This document shows, one piece after another, positions 14,878 to 23,144 of a stretch of DNA of 42,994 nucleotides. The notes under the pieces were generated by a model, which worked only from the letters and a program-made list of their open reading frames with translations, was not told the origin of the DNA and did not search any database. This DNA comes from a virus. Its lineage: Duplodnaviria > Caudoviricetes. The position numbers and the translations under genes are program-made. The first letter of the stretch is position 1, and each line of letters starts with the position of its first letter. The stretch is from positions 1 to 42,994 of IMG/VR virus record IMGVR_UViG_3300022746_000034; one strand, 5' to 3'.

Positions 14878-17800
14878 TTACTTGCAATTGATTTTGATGA
14901 GGCCGTCTTCTTCGAGCTGGCCGACGATGTCGTAGAAGTTCTCTTCGACGTTTTTGATTTCCGCGCTGAGCGGGTTATTTTCCACCTGCTCTTGCACGCG
15001 GGCAAGCTTCAGGCCACGAGCACCACGAAGGTCCGTGAACAACTTGGTCAACGAGAGTTGTAGTTGCTCAGATCCAGCCCGTCCTTGAACGCCGCCTTGA
15101 GTCCGTCGGTCACTTCCTTCGCTACCAAGTCCCGCTTGATCACCTCCTCTGGCGTCAGGATACGAGGCGGTTGTGGCTCGATATACGGTCTCCCCAATTC
15201 GTCCTTTTTGAAATTCACTTTCTGTCGCATTTTGTAACCTCTCTTTCAGTCCTGATTGTATCACAGGTGTGATGTCGCTCAGGTTTGCAATCTTTGCATT
15301 ACCTTGACCGCGTGAGTTGTCAATCACGACAAGCTCAAACATTGGGTTGTCACCAAACTCTTCTTGTAGTTTTCTTACAACGGTGCTTGAGCCGGCGTGA
15401 CCCTTGACCAATGCGTCAATGGTAACGGTGCGGCCCATGCGCTCTGCGCGAGTGAGCACGCCATTACGCAGAGCCTCGACTGGCTCACGGTACACGTACA
15501 CAACAAGCGCCTTGTTTCCAGCGTTAATAGCCGTCTCAATATTGCGCTTGGCTTTATCGTAGCTGGACAGTGTGCCATCAAGAATCGTGTGCGACTTGCT
15601 TAATTTTTCAGCAACCAAATCGTCAGCAGTTGACTTGCCAGCGCCGCCGCCGCCAGCCATGAATGCAACGATGCCAGACTTGTTGTTTGCAATTCGACTG
15701 TCGAACATCGCCTGCGTCAAGAAGCTAGACGCCTCGTGCACCTCGGCAGCGCGGGAGCGATCAGCACGATACTCAGGCGACAGCTCGCGCACCATGTCGG
15801 TATCCAAGATGCGGCCGCCGTCTGTGCCTTTGAGGCTTTCGTACTCGCCAATGACCTGCTCTGGGTTGGCATTGATGCGTTCCTGCAGAGCTTGGCCAAT
15901 TGAGCGGTTGCTGCGACGGATGTCTGGGTTGGTTTCATCGAACGTGCCGATGTTGCCGGTGGCAGATTTGATCTGGCTGGGGTCAAAAACAGCGAGGTTC
16001 TTGACGCCATTTTCAACAAGATGGAATCCGTCATGCCCAAGCGCTTTGATTGCGGCTTGTGCTTTTCGGTCTTCCATCGCTTCCCACCACCCACGCTTCA
16101 TATCACCCAACAGGTAGCTAATGGATCGATCGGTATAACGATTGGCCTTTTCGTATGCCTCGAGCGATTTGATATGGCTGGGATTTTCAAAGTCGAAAGC
16201 GTTTTCTGCTTTCACATAGACGGGCATGATGTTTGGCTGACCGCCATTTTTGTCTAATGTTTCGAGGCTCCCCGTCGTGTAATTGCTGGCGAAGTCTGCC
16301 TTTGGGGTAAGGAAGATCATCCCGTTCTTTGGTGTGAACGAGCTAATTTCCTTGTCTGTGCCGTGGTACATGACCATCGGCTTGCCCTGAGCATCCACCA
16401 CCTTGCTATCTCCGAACCAACGCTTGAATTCAGGCGTCTCGGTTTGAGCTGCGCGCTTGCTAAACATGAACGTAGAGCCGGCCTTCTCAAAAACTGCGTT
16501 GGCTGCATCAGCCTCGGTCTTGGCAACTCGTGCAGAGCCAAACTCCAGTTTGAATGATGGGGCTGCGGTGTTGAGTTTCGGGCGCACCTTGATGATGTCC
16601 ATCATCTCTTGGCTTGTTGGCTTGCGCACCAAGTCATTGCCAGACTCTTGCGTGGTGATCTTCGGTGCAATCACTTGAGGCTTGCGCTTCAAGATTGTTT
16701 GCGTCTCTGCGCGGCCAATGGCTTTAACTGGGACGTCAGAGTTCAACACCACTGCAGTGCCTTGCTCGCGGTTGATGTAGCCGCGGTAGCCGGCATCAAG
16801 AATGGCGGACTCCATCTCGTTGGGCGTGCTTGGTAAACCGGCCATCGGATTGATGGATGGGTCGTACAGGTTGCTCAGGTTTGCGGTGTAGACGTTTGCG
16901 CCCAAGCCGATCTCGGCTTGAGGTATGCCACCCTCCATGGGTAGGTAGAAGTAGACGCGGCGCTTGATGCGCGGGTCGACTCCGGGCTGGGCCAAGCGTT
17001 GTTGCTCAGCGCCTTTGATGCCAGAACCAAAGCTGGTTCCAGACAGAACGCTCAGCCCTGCGCTTCGCCCGTAGTGGATTGCCCCTTCAACCTTCGCTGA
17101 GTCTCCCTTATCACGCCCAATGCTGGATCTTCCGATAGGTTCTGGAGATCCTGCACGCTTGCTGAGTTGGATGCCTCCGAGGGACTGCTTGAGCTTGGCG
17201 ACTTCGGCGGGGTCGAGTCCGAGGTTTCGGATGTCCCCTGCGCTGAGGCTGGCAAGCTCTTGGATGCTGTCGTAAGCGCGTCGGACCACAGGTGCTGCGT
17301 TACCAACTCCTTGATCCCCTCCAACCTGTCCAGCGTTAGCGCCTTTGGCCCGTCCTTTTTCAGCACGCGATCCATTGCGTTGTTTGCGAGATTCTGCTGC
17401 TGCTGCGCGAACGTCTTCCACACCTCGTCCGGAAACACCTGTAGCACCCGATCTTGCATATCGCTCAATTGCTGTTGCTCGTTCATCATCATTACCTTTC
17501 CACTTCATGACCACCACATCTGGGTAGCCGTCGGATTCTTTCCAGCCGCCGTCTGCCCAAAACTTTTTCAGGTCAGCCATTTGGTTGGCATCGTAAAAGC
17601 TTGAGTCGAACGGGATTGAACCAATCGTCTCGAAGCCGAATTGGCTGTACATCTCAGGCAGGAAACCATCAGGGAAGCGCTTGCTCTTGACGGCGAACGC
17701 ATCCAAGATGGTCGCGCCTTCTTGTATAGCTTTTGTGATGATAGCAGGAATCCCAACGCCCTGTGCACCAGTCTCGTTGTTGGTGACGGACACGACCTCG

Positions 17801-20800
17801 ACCTCGTTATCCGAGACGCCATCGATCATGCCTTTGTACCAAGGCGCACCGCGCTTGAGACCGAAGAAAACTTGCAGCCCCTTGTCGCCGCCTTGCTTAC
17901 CGAGTTGATACACGCTGAAGGACTTGTCCTTGATGCCAGCCTTGACTTGCTCGGGTGTGTACATGGTGAGCGCAGCAGCGCCTTCGTTGGCAGCGAGTGC
18001 GTCAACGAACTCTTGCACCGACACGCCGCCCTCTGCCTTGGTCTTGCCGGACACAAGCCAATTGTTGTTGGCCAAGGCGAGTGAAGCCTCGGCCTGTCGT
18101 GCAGACTTGATGGCCTTGTAGCCACCCTCCGATACGGACGCGGCGATCTCTGGCGTGATCTCTTGCACAGGCATGACGCGATCAAACGTGTACCACGCGC
18201 CGGCTTCTTTGTTGGCCAGCGTTGGAACCTTGTTCTCGAAGTAGTCGCGGTAGATCAGCTCATAGTTGATGCCCTTGGCCAGTTTGCCCACCACCTTGCC
18301 ACGCAAGCCGAGCGGGTAGGAAGGATGCATCTTCGTACCCTCTTCACCGAGCTTGACTGTTGGGTTCTTTTTGTCAACCTCGATCACCAGCATGGCGTCG
18401 CCTTGACGATAGCCGGCGTACTCAGGATCGATGGTCTCGCGACGGAAGCGATCAAGGTTTGGCAGGCCGTGAATCTGTGCCTCTTTCTTTTCCAGAATCT
18501 TGGCCAGTGCACCGCGTTGATCAAACGACAAGCCATCGATGTACTCGATGATGTTGGGCGACTCGAAGCCAACGAAATCTGGCAGCGAGTTTTTGTTTGC
18601 CGGCGAGCGAACGATCTTGTCCAGCGCGCGCAAGTTCTTGACGCTGATGCGCTTGTCTTTGAGATACGCCTCGACGGTTTGAATGTACGCCTGAGAGATG
18701 GTTGCGTTTGTCAGGTGACTGTTGTTGTTCATCGCGTGCACGATGATGTAGTCACTATCGCCAACGACCTTCATGATCTTGGTCAGCGTAGCACCGCCAC
18801 GCACAGCCCAGATCACGTTGCTTCTTACGTTTGCCGGCAAGGCCACAAAGTTTGGACCGCCCATCATTTCGATGGGGAACTCGAGCTGGCTGCCATCGAT
18901 GCCGGTGTAACTCACGCCCGCGTCAGTCAAGTCGGCCTTGATGCCAAACACGCGTTTGCCCAAGAGGTCTTTGAACTGAACCGTTGGCAGCTTCACCAGA
19001 TCGCGCGAACGCGCAGAGTACATGACGCCATCAACAATGGCTTCAGTCTTTGCCACAGGTCCAGACAATGGCACAACATGCTTGGCAGACTCGGTGATGG
19101 ACTTGTTGTTGATTGCCTCAGCGTATGCCGTAGTCAACAAGTCGCGCGCCTTCTCTACATCTTTTATGTATTTGGAGACGAAGTCCTCGCCGTACTGTTT
19201 GCGTGCGCCGGCGACGATCTCATTGAGCTTTGACAAGATGTGCTTTGCAACCTCGGCAAAATCCTTGTTGCCCATCTTGGCGCGCAGCTGTTCCCAGAAG
19301 TCGGCGCGCTTAGAGATTGCCTGCACCATGAATGCGGGGATCTCTTCATCGAGCTGGTCTTCTGTGTAATTGAACTCGCGAGAGAACTCTGCGCGCATGT
19401 CTTCTTTGAACAAAGAATTCAGGGCGGTGTTCAGCTTTACGCGACTCTCTTGTGGTAGACCGTGGTGAGCCTCGTGCATCACGACGAACAGTGGCGAGTC
19501 CTCTGCCTCGTTGTCCACGAAGATGTTCTTGCCACCAAGTTTGTCGATCATGCCGTTGGGCATGGACGCCTTGTTGCCAGACTCGTAGCGAACCACGGTA
19601 AGCGTCTTGCCAAGCAAGTTGGCCACAGCGCTTGCCGCCTTCTGCGAATCGTTCATCTCAACCTGTGGCACTGGTGCGATCTCGACGTTGTCTTTGATCA
19701 GCTCCTTGCGCACCGAGCTGATGACTCGCATCGATGCCTGTGGTGCGAGCTTCAGTCCGGCAAGTTCAACACTCGGCACATTGGCCGCTGTGGTTGCTGC
19801 AGTTGTTGCTGGTCCAAAGGCTGGTGCTTGCTGTCCTTCTTGCGCTGCTTGGATGGCTTCAGTGGTTTGAGTGCCAAGGTTTGCTCCTGTTGCTGTTGTT
19901 GAACTTGGGAATTCTTTGATGGCATCAATCAACTCCGATGCTGGTGCGTTGAGCTTGATGACATTGACGGGCTCGCCGCTCTCAAGCTTGGCCATCCACT
20001 GGTGGTGGCCGTCGATCACGCGGTTGTCAGAAGACACGAGAATGGCGCGGTCAGTGCCGCGATTCTCTTTGGCCATCTCAACCTTTGCCGGCGAGAACTC
20101 AGCCTGCGTTGGCTTGAGTGTTGACGGGTCGACAGACTCTTGCTCGCTGGTGATGCCGCGCGCATTGAGAAAGTTGACCATTGCACCGCGGTGCTCGGAC
20201 TTGACCTGCGGCATGTCCGCGCGCGGGATGCCTAGGCTGCCAGACTCTGGTGAGAATGCAGTCCAGTCTTTGTTGATCTTCTCGCCGACGACAGCCTGCG
20301 CCGCCTCTGGCTTTGTCTCGTAGCCGGCAAGGCGGTACTTACCGTTTGGCAGCTCATCGACTTGCCATTGCAGATCAGGGAACATGCGCTGACGACCGGG
20401 CAAAGCCTGCTCAGCATCGGGCTTGGTGACGTAGCCATCGCCACGTCGACCGTACCACTCTTGCTTCAGAGCGGTTGGCTGTTCGCCGGTTGCTGCTCCA
20501 GCAGCTGCAACCTGTCCACCGCCGAGTTGAGTTGCGGCGGTAGCGGGAGCCACTGCCCCGGCGGCACGAGATACGCTAGGTCCTGCAGCGCCCACGCCTC
20601 CGCCAAGCTCAGTGCCCCCGACTGCACCGCCAGTGACATTCGTGGTTCCAGTTGTGCTTGGTACGCCGACATTGGTTGTCCCCAGTCGTAGCTTGTCAAG
20701 ACCGAACTGCTGTTCAGTCTGCGGGTTGATTTGAACCTCGGCCAATGGATTGACCGGGGTTATGGACGGGGCTGCCATGGGCACAGGCACAACAACGTCA

Positions 20801-22227
20801 ACCAGACCAGCGGCCTTTGTTGGGCTGTCGGCAGGGGTGAAGTTGGTCAGCTGTGTAGGCTTGCGCTCAGGCACGAGGAAACCACGTTCCTTGGCCATTT
20901 GTTCAGCGGTTGATACCTCGGGTGCGGGTTGCTCGAACGGGCGCTCGTTGGCCCCGCCAAGGGTTGCCGCGACCTGCGGCGTGCTCATCATCGTGCCGGT
21001 CAAGCCGCCAACCAAAGCAGACTCAGCCACATCTTTGTTGATGTCGATGTCCTTGCCTTGCAAATACTTGTCGAGCACGTTGCCGCCGTACTGAGCGGCC
21101 GTCTCCTCGATGGCATTGGTCAGGGTGTTGGCAGTGACCTGAGCACCAGCCTGCAAAATGCGTTGGCCAGCAATGGCCAAGATTGCATTCTGCTTTGGCA
21201 CTGGCATGCCCTTGAAGATTTCACCCACCTTGTCAAACACGCCAAGCGGAAGCTTCTCGGTTGCGTACTCAATCGCACCCTTCATCATGGCCACGCGAGA
21301 GTCGTCGCCCTGCGCAAAGCTTTGGCCGGCTGCAGTGCCAGACATCGATAGCAGCATGCCACCGCGCAAGGCTGGTGAGAATGCGCCAATCAATTGCTGC
21401 GCAACCTGCGGCGAGTTGGCCGCCAGCTTTGACATCAGCCACGGAGAAAATTCTTCACGATTCCACGCACCGGTCATTGACTTCTTGCCGATTGCAGGCA
21501 TGAAGTCGCTTGCTGATTTGTCCAGATACTCAGTACCGAACATGTTGCCAACGCGCTTCATTGGCTCGAAGCCGGCAACCTTGAGCACAGGATCGATCAC
21601 CGTCTTGTTGAAGACGTCGGCAGCTACGGTTGGAATGTTGATGTTGCCAGCCAGCATGCTGGCGGCGCCAGAAGCGACACTGCCAAGCAGTGGGTTCGCT
21701 TCGGCAAATTGCTGACGACCCAAGCGTGCTGCGTCTTCTGCTTCGCGCTCCTTGTTGACTGCGAGTTCAGCAAACGTTGGCACGTTCTGCTCAGCCAAAC
21801 CGGCAGCAGCTTTTTGAACGGGCAAGGTGGCTGGCTCTTTGAGCATGCCGCTGCGCAGCAAGTCAGCCTTGGCGGCAGTCTCTTTGCTGATTGGACCAGC
21901 GCCCAGCGACAGACGCTGGTTGACGTTGGCCTGCTCTTGTTGCGGGGTGGGCGCCTGAGTTTCGAGCACACTCTTGTACTCGGGGATCACTGCATCTTTG
22001 ATGCGCTGGATGATTCCTTTTTCTGCAGGCTTTTCAACGGGTGCAGGCGCAGCCTCTGGCAGCTTGGTCGACGATAGGAATTGCGATCTCGCAACCTCCA
22101 AGTCTTCGGTCGGCACGCGTGGTGCGACAACTGAATCGAAGTATTGTGTGCGCGCCTCTTCTTGTTGTTCAAGAGAGAGGGCCCGGAATGCGGAACTCCC
22201 CGCTACGTCGGACCAAGCTTTTGACAT
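14878..22227 (-). CDS. giant polyvalent internal virion protein (2449 aa): ParB-like, HExxH peptidase-like, GNAT-like, two ART-like and zeta-toxin-like domains
   Basis: IPRADMPQV..LKPTQ..IDGHHQW; MHEAHHG; GVG..AIQEGATILDAF..LPEMYSQFGF; TPEFKRWFGDSKVVD..YHGT..QIKSATGNIGTFD; AGGGGAGKST..ILDGTL. Confidence 0.85.
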   Translation of the reverse strand: MSKAWSDVAGSSAFRALSLEQQEEARTQYFDSVVAPRVPTEDLEVARSQFLSSTKLPEAAPAPVEKPAEKGIIQRIKDAVIPEYKSVLETQAPTPQQEQANVNQRLSLGAGPISKETAAKADLLRSGMLKEPATLPVQKAAAGLAEQNVPTFAELAVNKEREAEDAARLGRQQFAEANPLLGSVASGAASMLAGNINIPTVAADVFNKTVIDPVLKVAGFEPMKRVGNMFGTEYLDKSASDFMPAIGKKSMTGAWNREEFSPWLMSKLAANSPQVAQQLIGAFSPALRGGMLLSMSGTAAGQSFAQGDDSRVAMMKGAIEYATEKLPLGVFDKVGEIFKGMPVPKQNAILAIAGQRILQAGAQVTANTLTNAIEETAAQYGGNVLDKYLQGKDIDINKDVAESALVGGLTGTMMSTPQVAATLGGANERPFEQPAPEVSTAEQMAKERGFLVPERKPTQLTNFTPADSPTKAAGLVDVVVPVPMAAPSITPVNPLAEVQINPQTEQQFGLDKLRLGTTNVGVPSTTGTTNVTGGAVGGTELGGGVGAAGPSVSRAAGAVAPATAATQLGGGQVAAAGAATGEQPTALKQEWYGRRGDGYVTKPDAEQALPGRQRMFPDLQWQVDELPNGKYRLAGYETKPEAAQAVVGEKINKDWTAFSPESGSLGIPRADMPQVKSEHRGAMVNFLNARGITSEQESVDPSTLKPTQAEFSPAKVEMAKENRGTDRAILVSSDNRVIDGHHQWMAKLESGEPVNVIKLNAPASELIDAIKEFPSSTTATGANLGTQTTEAIQAAQEGQQAPAFGPATTAATTAANVPSVELAGLKLAPQASMRVISSVRKELIKDNVEIAPVPQVEMNDSQKAASAVANLLGKTLTVVRYESGNKASMPNGMIDKLGGKNIFVDNEAEDSPLFVVMHEAHHGLPQESRVKLNTALNSLFKEDMRAEFSREFNYTEDQLDEEIPAFMVQAISKRADFWEQLRAKMGNKDFAEVAKHILSKLNEIVAGARKQYGEDFVSKYIKDVEKARDLLTTAYAEAINNKSITESAKHVVPLSGPVAKTEAIVDGVMYSARSRDLVKLPTVQFKDLLGKRVFGIKADLTDAGVSYTGIDGSQLEFPIEMMGGPNFVALPANVRSNVIWAVRGGATLTKIMKVVGDSDYIIVHAMNNNSHLTNATISQAYIQTVEAYLKDKRISVKNLRALDKIVRSPANKNSLPDFVGFESPNIIEYIDGLSFDQRGALAKILEKKEAQIHGLPNLDRFRRETIDPEYAGYRQGDAMLVIEVDKKNPTVKLGEEGTKMHPSYPLGLRGKVVGKLAKGINYELIYRDYFENKVPTLANKEAGAWYTFDRVMPVQEITPEIAASVSEGGYKAIKSARQAEASLALANNNWLVSGKTKAEGGVSVQEFVDALAANEGAAALTMYTPEQVKAGIKDKSFSVYQLGKQGGDKGLQVFFGLKRGAPWYKGMIDGVSDNEVEVVSVTNNETGAQGVGIPAIITKAIQEGATILDAFAVKSKRFPDGFLPEMYSQFGFETIGSIPFDSSFYDANQMADLKKFWADGGWKESDGYPDVVVMKWKGNDDERATAIERYARSGATGVSGRGVEDVRAAAAESRKQRNGSRAEKGRAKGANAGQVGGDQGVGNAAPVVRRAYDSIQELASLSAGDIRNLGLDPAEVAKLKQSLGGIQLSKRAGSPEPIGRSSIGRDKGDSAKVEGAIHYGRSAGLSVLSGTSFGSGIKGAEQQRLAQPGVDPRIKRRVYFYLPMEGGIPQAEIGLGANVYTANLSNLYDPSINPMAGLPSTPNEMESAILDAGYRGYINREQGTAVVLNSDVPVKAIGRAETQTILKRKPQVIAPKITTQESGNDLVRKPTSQEMMDIIKVRPKLNTAAPSFKLEFGSARVAKTEADAANAVFEKAGSTFMFSKRAAQTETPEFKRWFGDSKVVDAQGKPMVMYHGTDKEISSFTPKNGMIFLTPKADFASNYTTGSLETLDKNGGQPNIMPVYVKAENAFDFENPSHIKSLEAYEKANRYTDRSISYLLGDMKRGWWEAMEDRKAQAAIKALGHDGFHLVENGVKNLAVFDPSQIKSATGNIGTFDETNPDIRRSNRSIGQALQERINANPEQVIGEYESLKGTDGGRILDTDMVRELSPEYRADRSRAAEVHEASSFLTQAMFDSRIANNKSGIVAFMAGGGGAGKSTADDLVAEKLSKSHTILDGTLSSYDKAKRNIETAINAGNKALVVYVYREPVEALRNGVLTRAERMGRTVTIDALVKGHAGSSTVVRKLQEEFGDNPMFELVVIDNSRGQGNAKIANLSDITPVIQSGLKERLQNATESEFQKGRIGETVYRATTASYPDARGGDQAGLGSEGSDRRTQGGVQGRAGSEQLQLSLTKLFTDLRGARGLKLARVQEQVENNPLSAEIKNVEENFYDIVGQLEEDGLIKINCK
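15048..15230 (-). CDS. nested +1-frame gene (60 aa) at the end of the zeta-like domain; candidate antitoxin
   Basis: GAGAGG RBS before ATG; early promoter motif 24 nt upstream; protein-like composition while the host frame becomes Gly/Arg-rich. Confidence 0.7.
   Translation of the reverse strand: MRQKVNFKKDELGRPYIEPQPPRILTPEEVIKRDLVAKEVTDGLKAAFKDGLDLSNYNSR
15255..15272 (-). promoter_or_regulatory. intragenic copy of the early promoter/operator motif
   Basis: Reverse complement TCACACCTGTGATACAAT is identical (18/18) to 3523-3540. Confidence 0.75.
17052..17486 (-). CDS. nested +1-frame ORF after the GNAT-like domain (MNEQQQLSDMQDRVLQVFPDEVWKTF...)
   Basis: GGAAAGGT then three tandem ATGs; N-terminal ~75 aa look helical/globular, rest is Ser/Pro-rich. 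Confidence 0.55.
   Translation of the reverse strand: MNEQQQLSDMQDRVLQVFPDEVWKTFAQQQQNLANNAMDRVLKKDGPKALTLDRLEGIKELVTQHLWSDALTTASKSLPASAQGTSETSDSTPPKSPSSSSPSEASNSASVQDLQNLSEDPALGVIRETQRRLKGQSTTGEAQG
19752..19877 (-). CDS. nested +1-frame ORF after the ParB-like domain (41 aa, MALKPLKPSKQRKKDSKHQ...; TTG start)
   Basis: Manually found; AGGAG 6 nt before TTG; could be vestigial. Confidence 0.35.
   Translation of the reverse strand: MALKPLKPSKQRKKDSKHQPLDQQQLQQPQRPMCRVLNLPD
20466..20672 (-). CDS. nested +1-frame ORF (68 aa, MSAYQAQLEPRMSLAVQSGALSLAEAWALQDL...)
   Basis: GGGGA 6 nt before ATG; host frame here is a Gly/Ala/Thr low-complexity linker. Confidence 0.55.
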   Translation of the reverse strand: MSAYQAQLEPRMSLAVQSGALSLAEAWALQDLAYLVPPGQWLPLPPQLNSAVDRLQLLEQQPANSQPL

Positions 22228-22233
22228 GATTAT

Positions 22234-23142
22234 TTATTTCCAAAGGTTGCTGTAGTCTGCACCGCCTGCTGATGCTGCATTATCACCTGCGGCCTTTGGT
22301 TTCTTGCGATAGTTCTGCCACTCAGACAATGTGCTGTTGTACTCATCAAGTTTCGTTTGGGTTGCAGAATCAATTTTGTTTTGCTTCTTCAAACGAGCAA
22401 CTGTTTCAGGCACGTCTTTTGTTGGCACGCCCAAGTGCAGAGCAAGAGACTTCTCGGCGGCCTTGGCTGTGCGCTCAAGGTCGACACCAGTGATTGGCTT
22501 CTCGCCACCACCGCCGCCACCAGCTGGCTTGTTGGCCTTGGTTGTTGCGGCGTCCGCAGTCTGCTGGCGAATTGGCAGCAAGGCTTGGAACTCTTTGGAG
22601 CGGCGCTCTTCAGCGGCTTCGCTACGCTTGACTGCGTTCTCTTCCTTGATCTCTTTGAGCACGCTGTCGCGCTCTTTCGAGTAGGCTTCAATCACAGACG
22701 AGTGCGCACCAATTGCAAGAGCAGCCTCGGCGCGGTCGCTAGACGCGCGCAGGCGAGGGTCCATCTTGTCGGCGCCAATCAAGCCTGCCTTCTCGTAGAT
22801 GGCCTTGTACTGTGGGTTGTCCTGAACCAGCTTCTGGATTTCCTCTTTGGACATCTCAGGCGATTCGCCGGCAACCATTGAGCCGTACTTGTCGATCTCC
22901 CCAGCAACGCGGCGAGCAGGCGCCTCTGCGGCGCGCTGTTGAACTTGCTCAGACTCAGCGATGACGCGCTGCTTGAGTGCCTCTTCAGTGCGAGTTTTTC
23001 GCTCCTCTGCGCGGCGCTCGCGATCTTCATCGCGCTGCTGCTGCATCTCAAACTCTGCGCCCTTCATCATGCCGCCAGCATAGGCCGCACCCGCGTCGGC
23101 AATGCCTTTGCCGATACCACCCAAGATAAGACCCATGCCCAT
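22234..23142 (-). CDS. internal virion/ejection protein (302 aa)
   Basis: Gly-rich hydrophobic N-terminus plus coiled coil; AGGAG RBS; position in module. Confidence 0.7.
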   Translation of the reverse strand: MGMGLILGGIGKGIADAGAAYAGGMMKGAEFEMQQQRDEDRERRAEERKTRTEEALKQRVIAESEQVQQRAAEAPARRVAGEIDKYGSMVAGESPEMSKEEIQKLVQDNPQYKAIYEKAGLIGADKMDPRLRASSDRAEAALAIGAHSSVIEAYSKERDSVLKEIKEENAVKRSEAAEERRSKEFQALLPIRQQTADAATTKANKPAGGGGGGEKPITGVDLERTAKAAEKSLALHLGVPTKDVPETVARLKKQNKIDSATQTKLDEYNSTLSEWQNYRKKPKAAGDNAASAGGADYSNLWK

Positions 23143-23144
23143 GA

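Noticed and set aside
14700-15005. Another +1-frame ORF spanning the end of the giant gene and ferritin
   Set aside because: No SD, non-ATG start, Ser/Lys/Arg-rich composition typical of a shadow frame
17568-18572. Other same-strand alternative-frame ORFs in the giant gene (17568-17822, 17826-18185, 18384-18572; also 19164-19349, 21624-21971, 21987-22172)
   Set aside because: Arg/Ser/Pro/Cys-rich, no good RBS, and they overlie well-formed regions of the main frame; treated as chance open frames
18163-19233. 356-aa antisense ORF within the giant gene
   Set aside because: Antisense shadow caused by codon bias; no recognisable motifs or RBS
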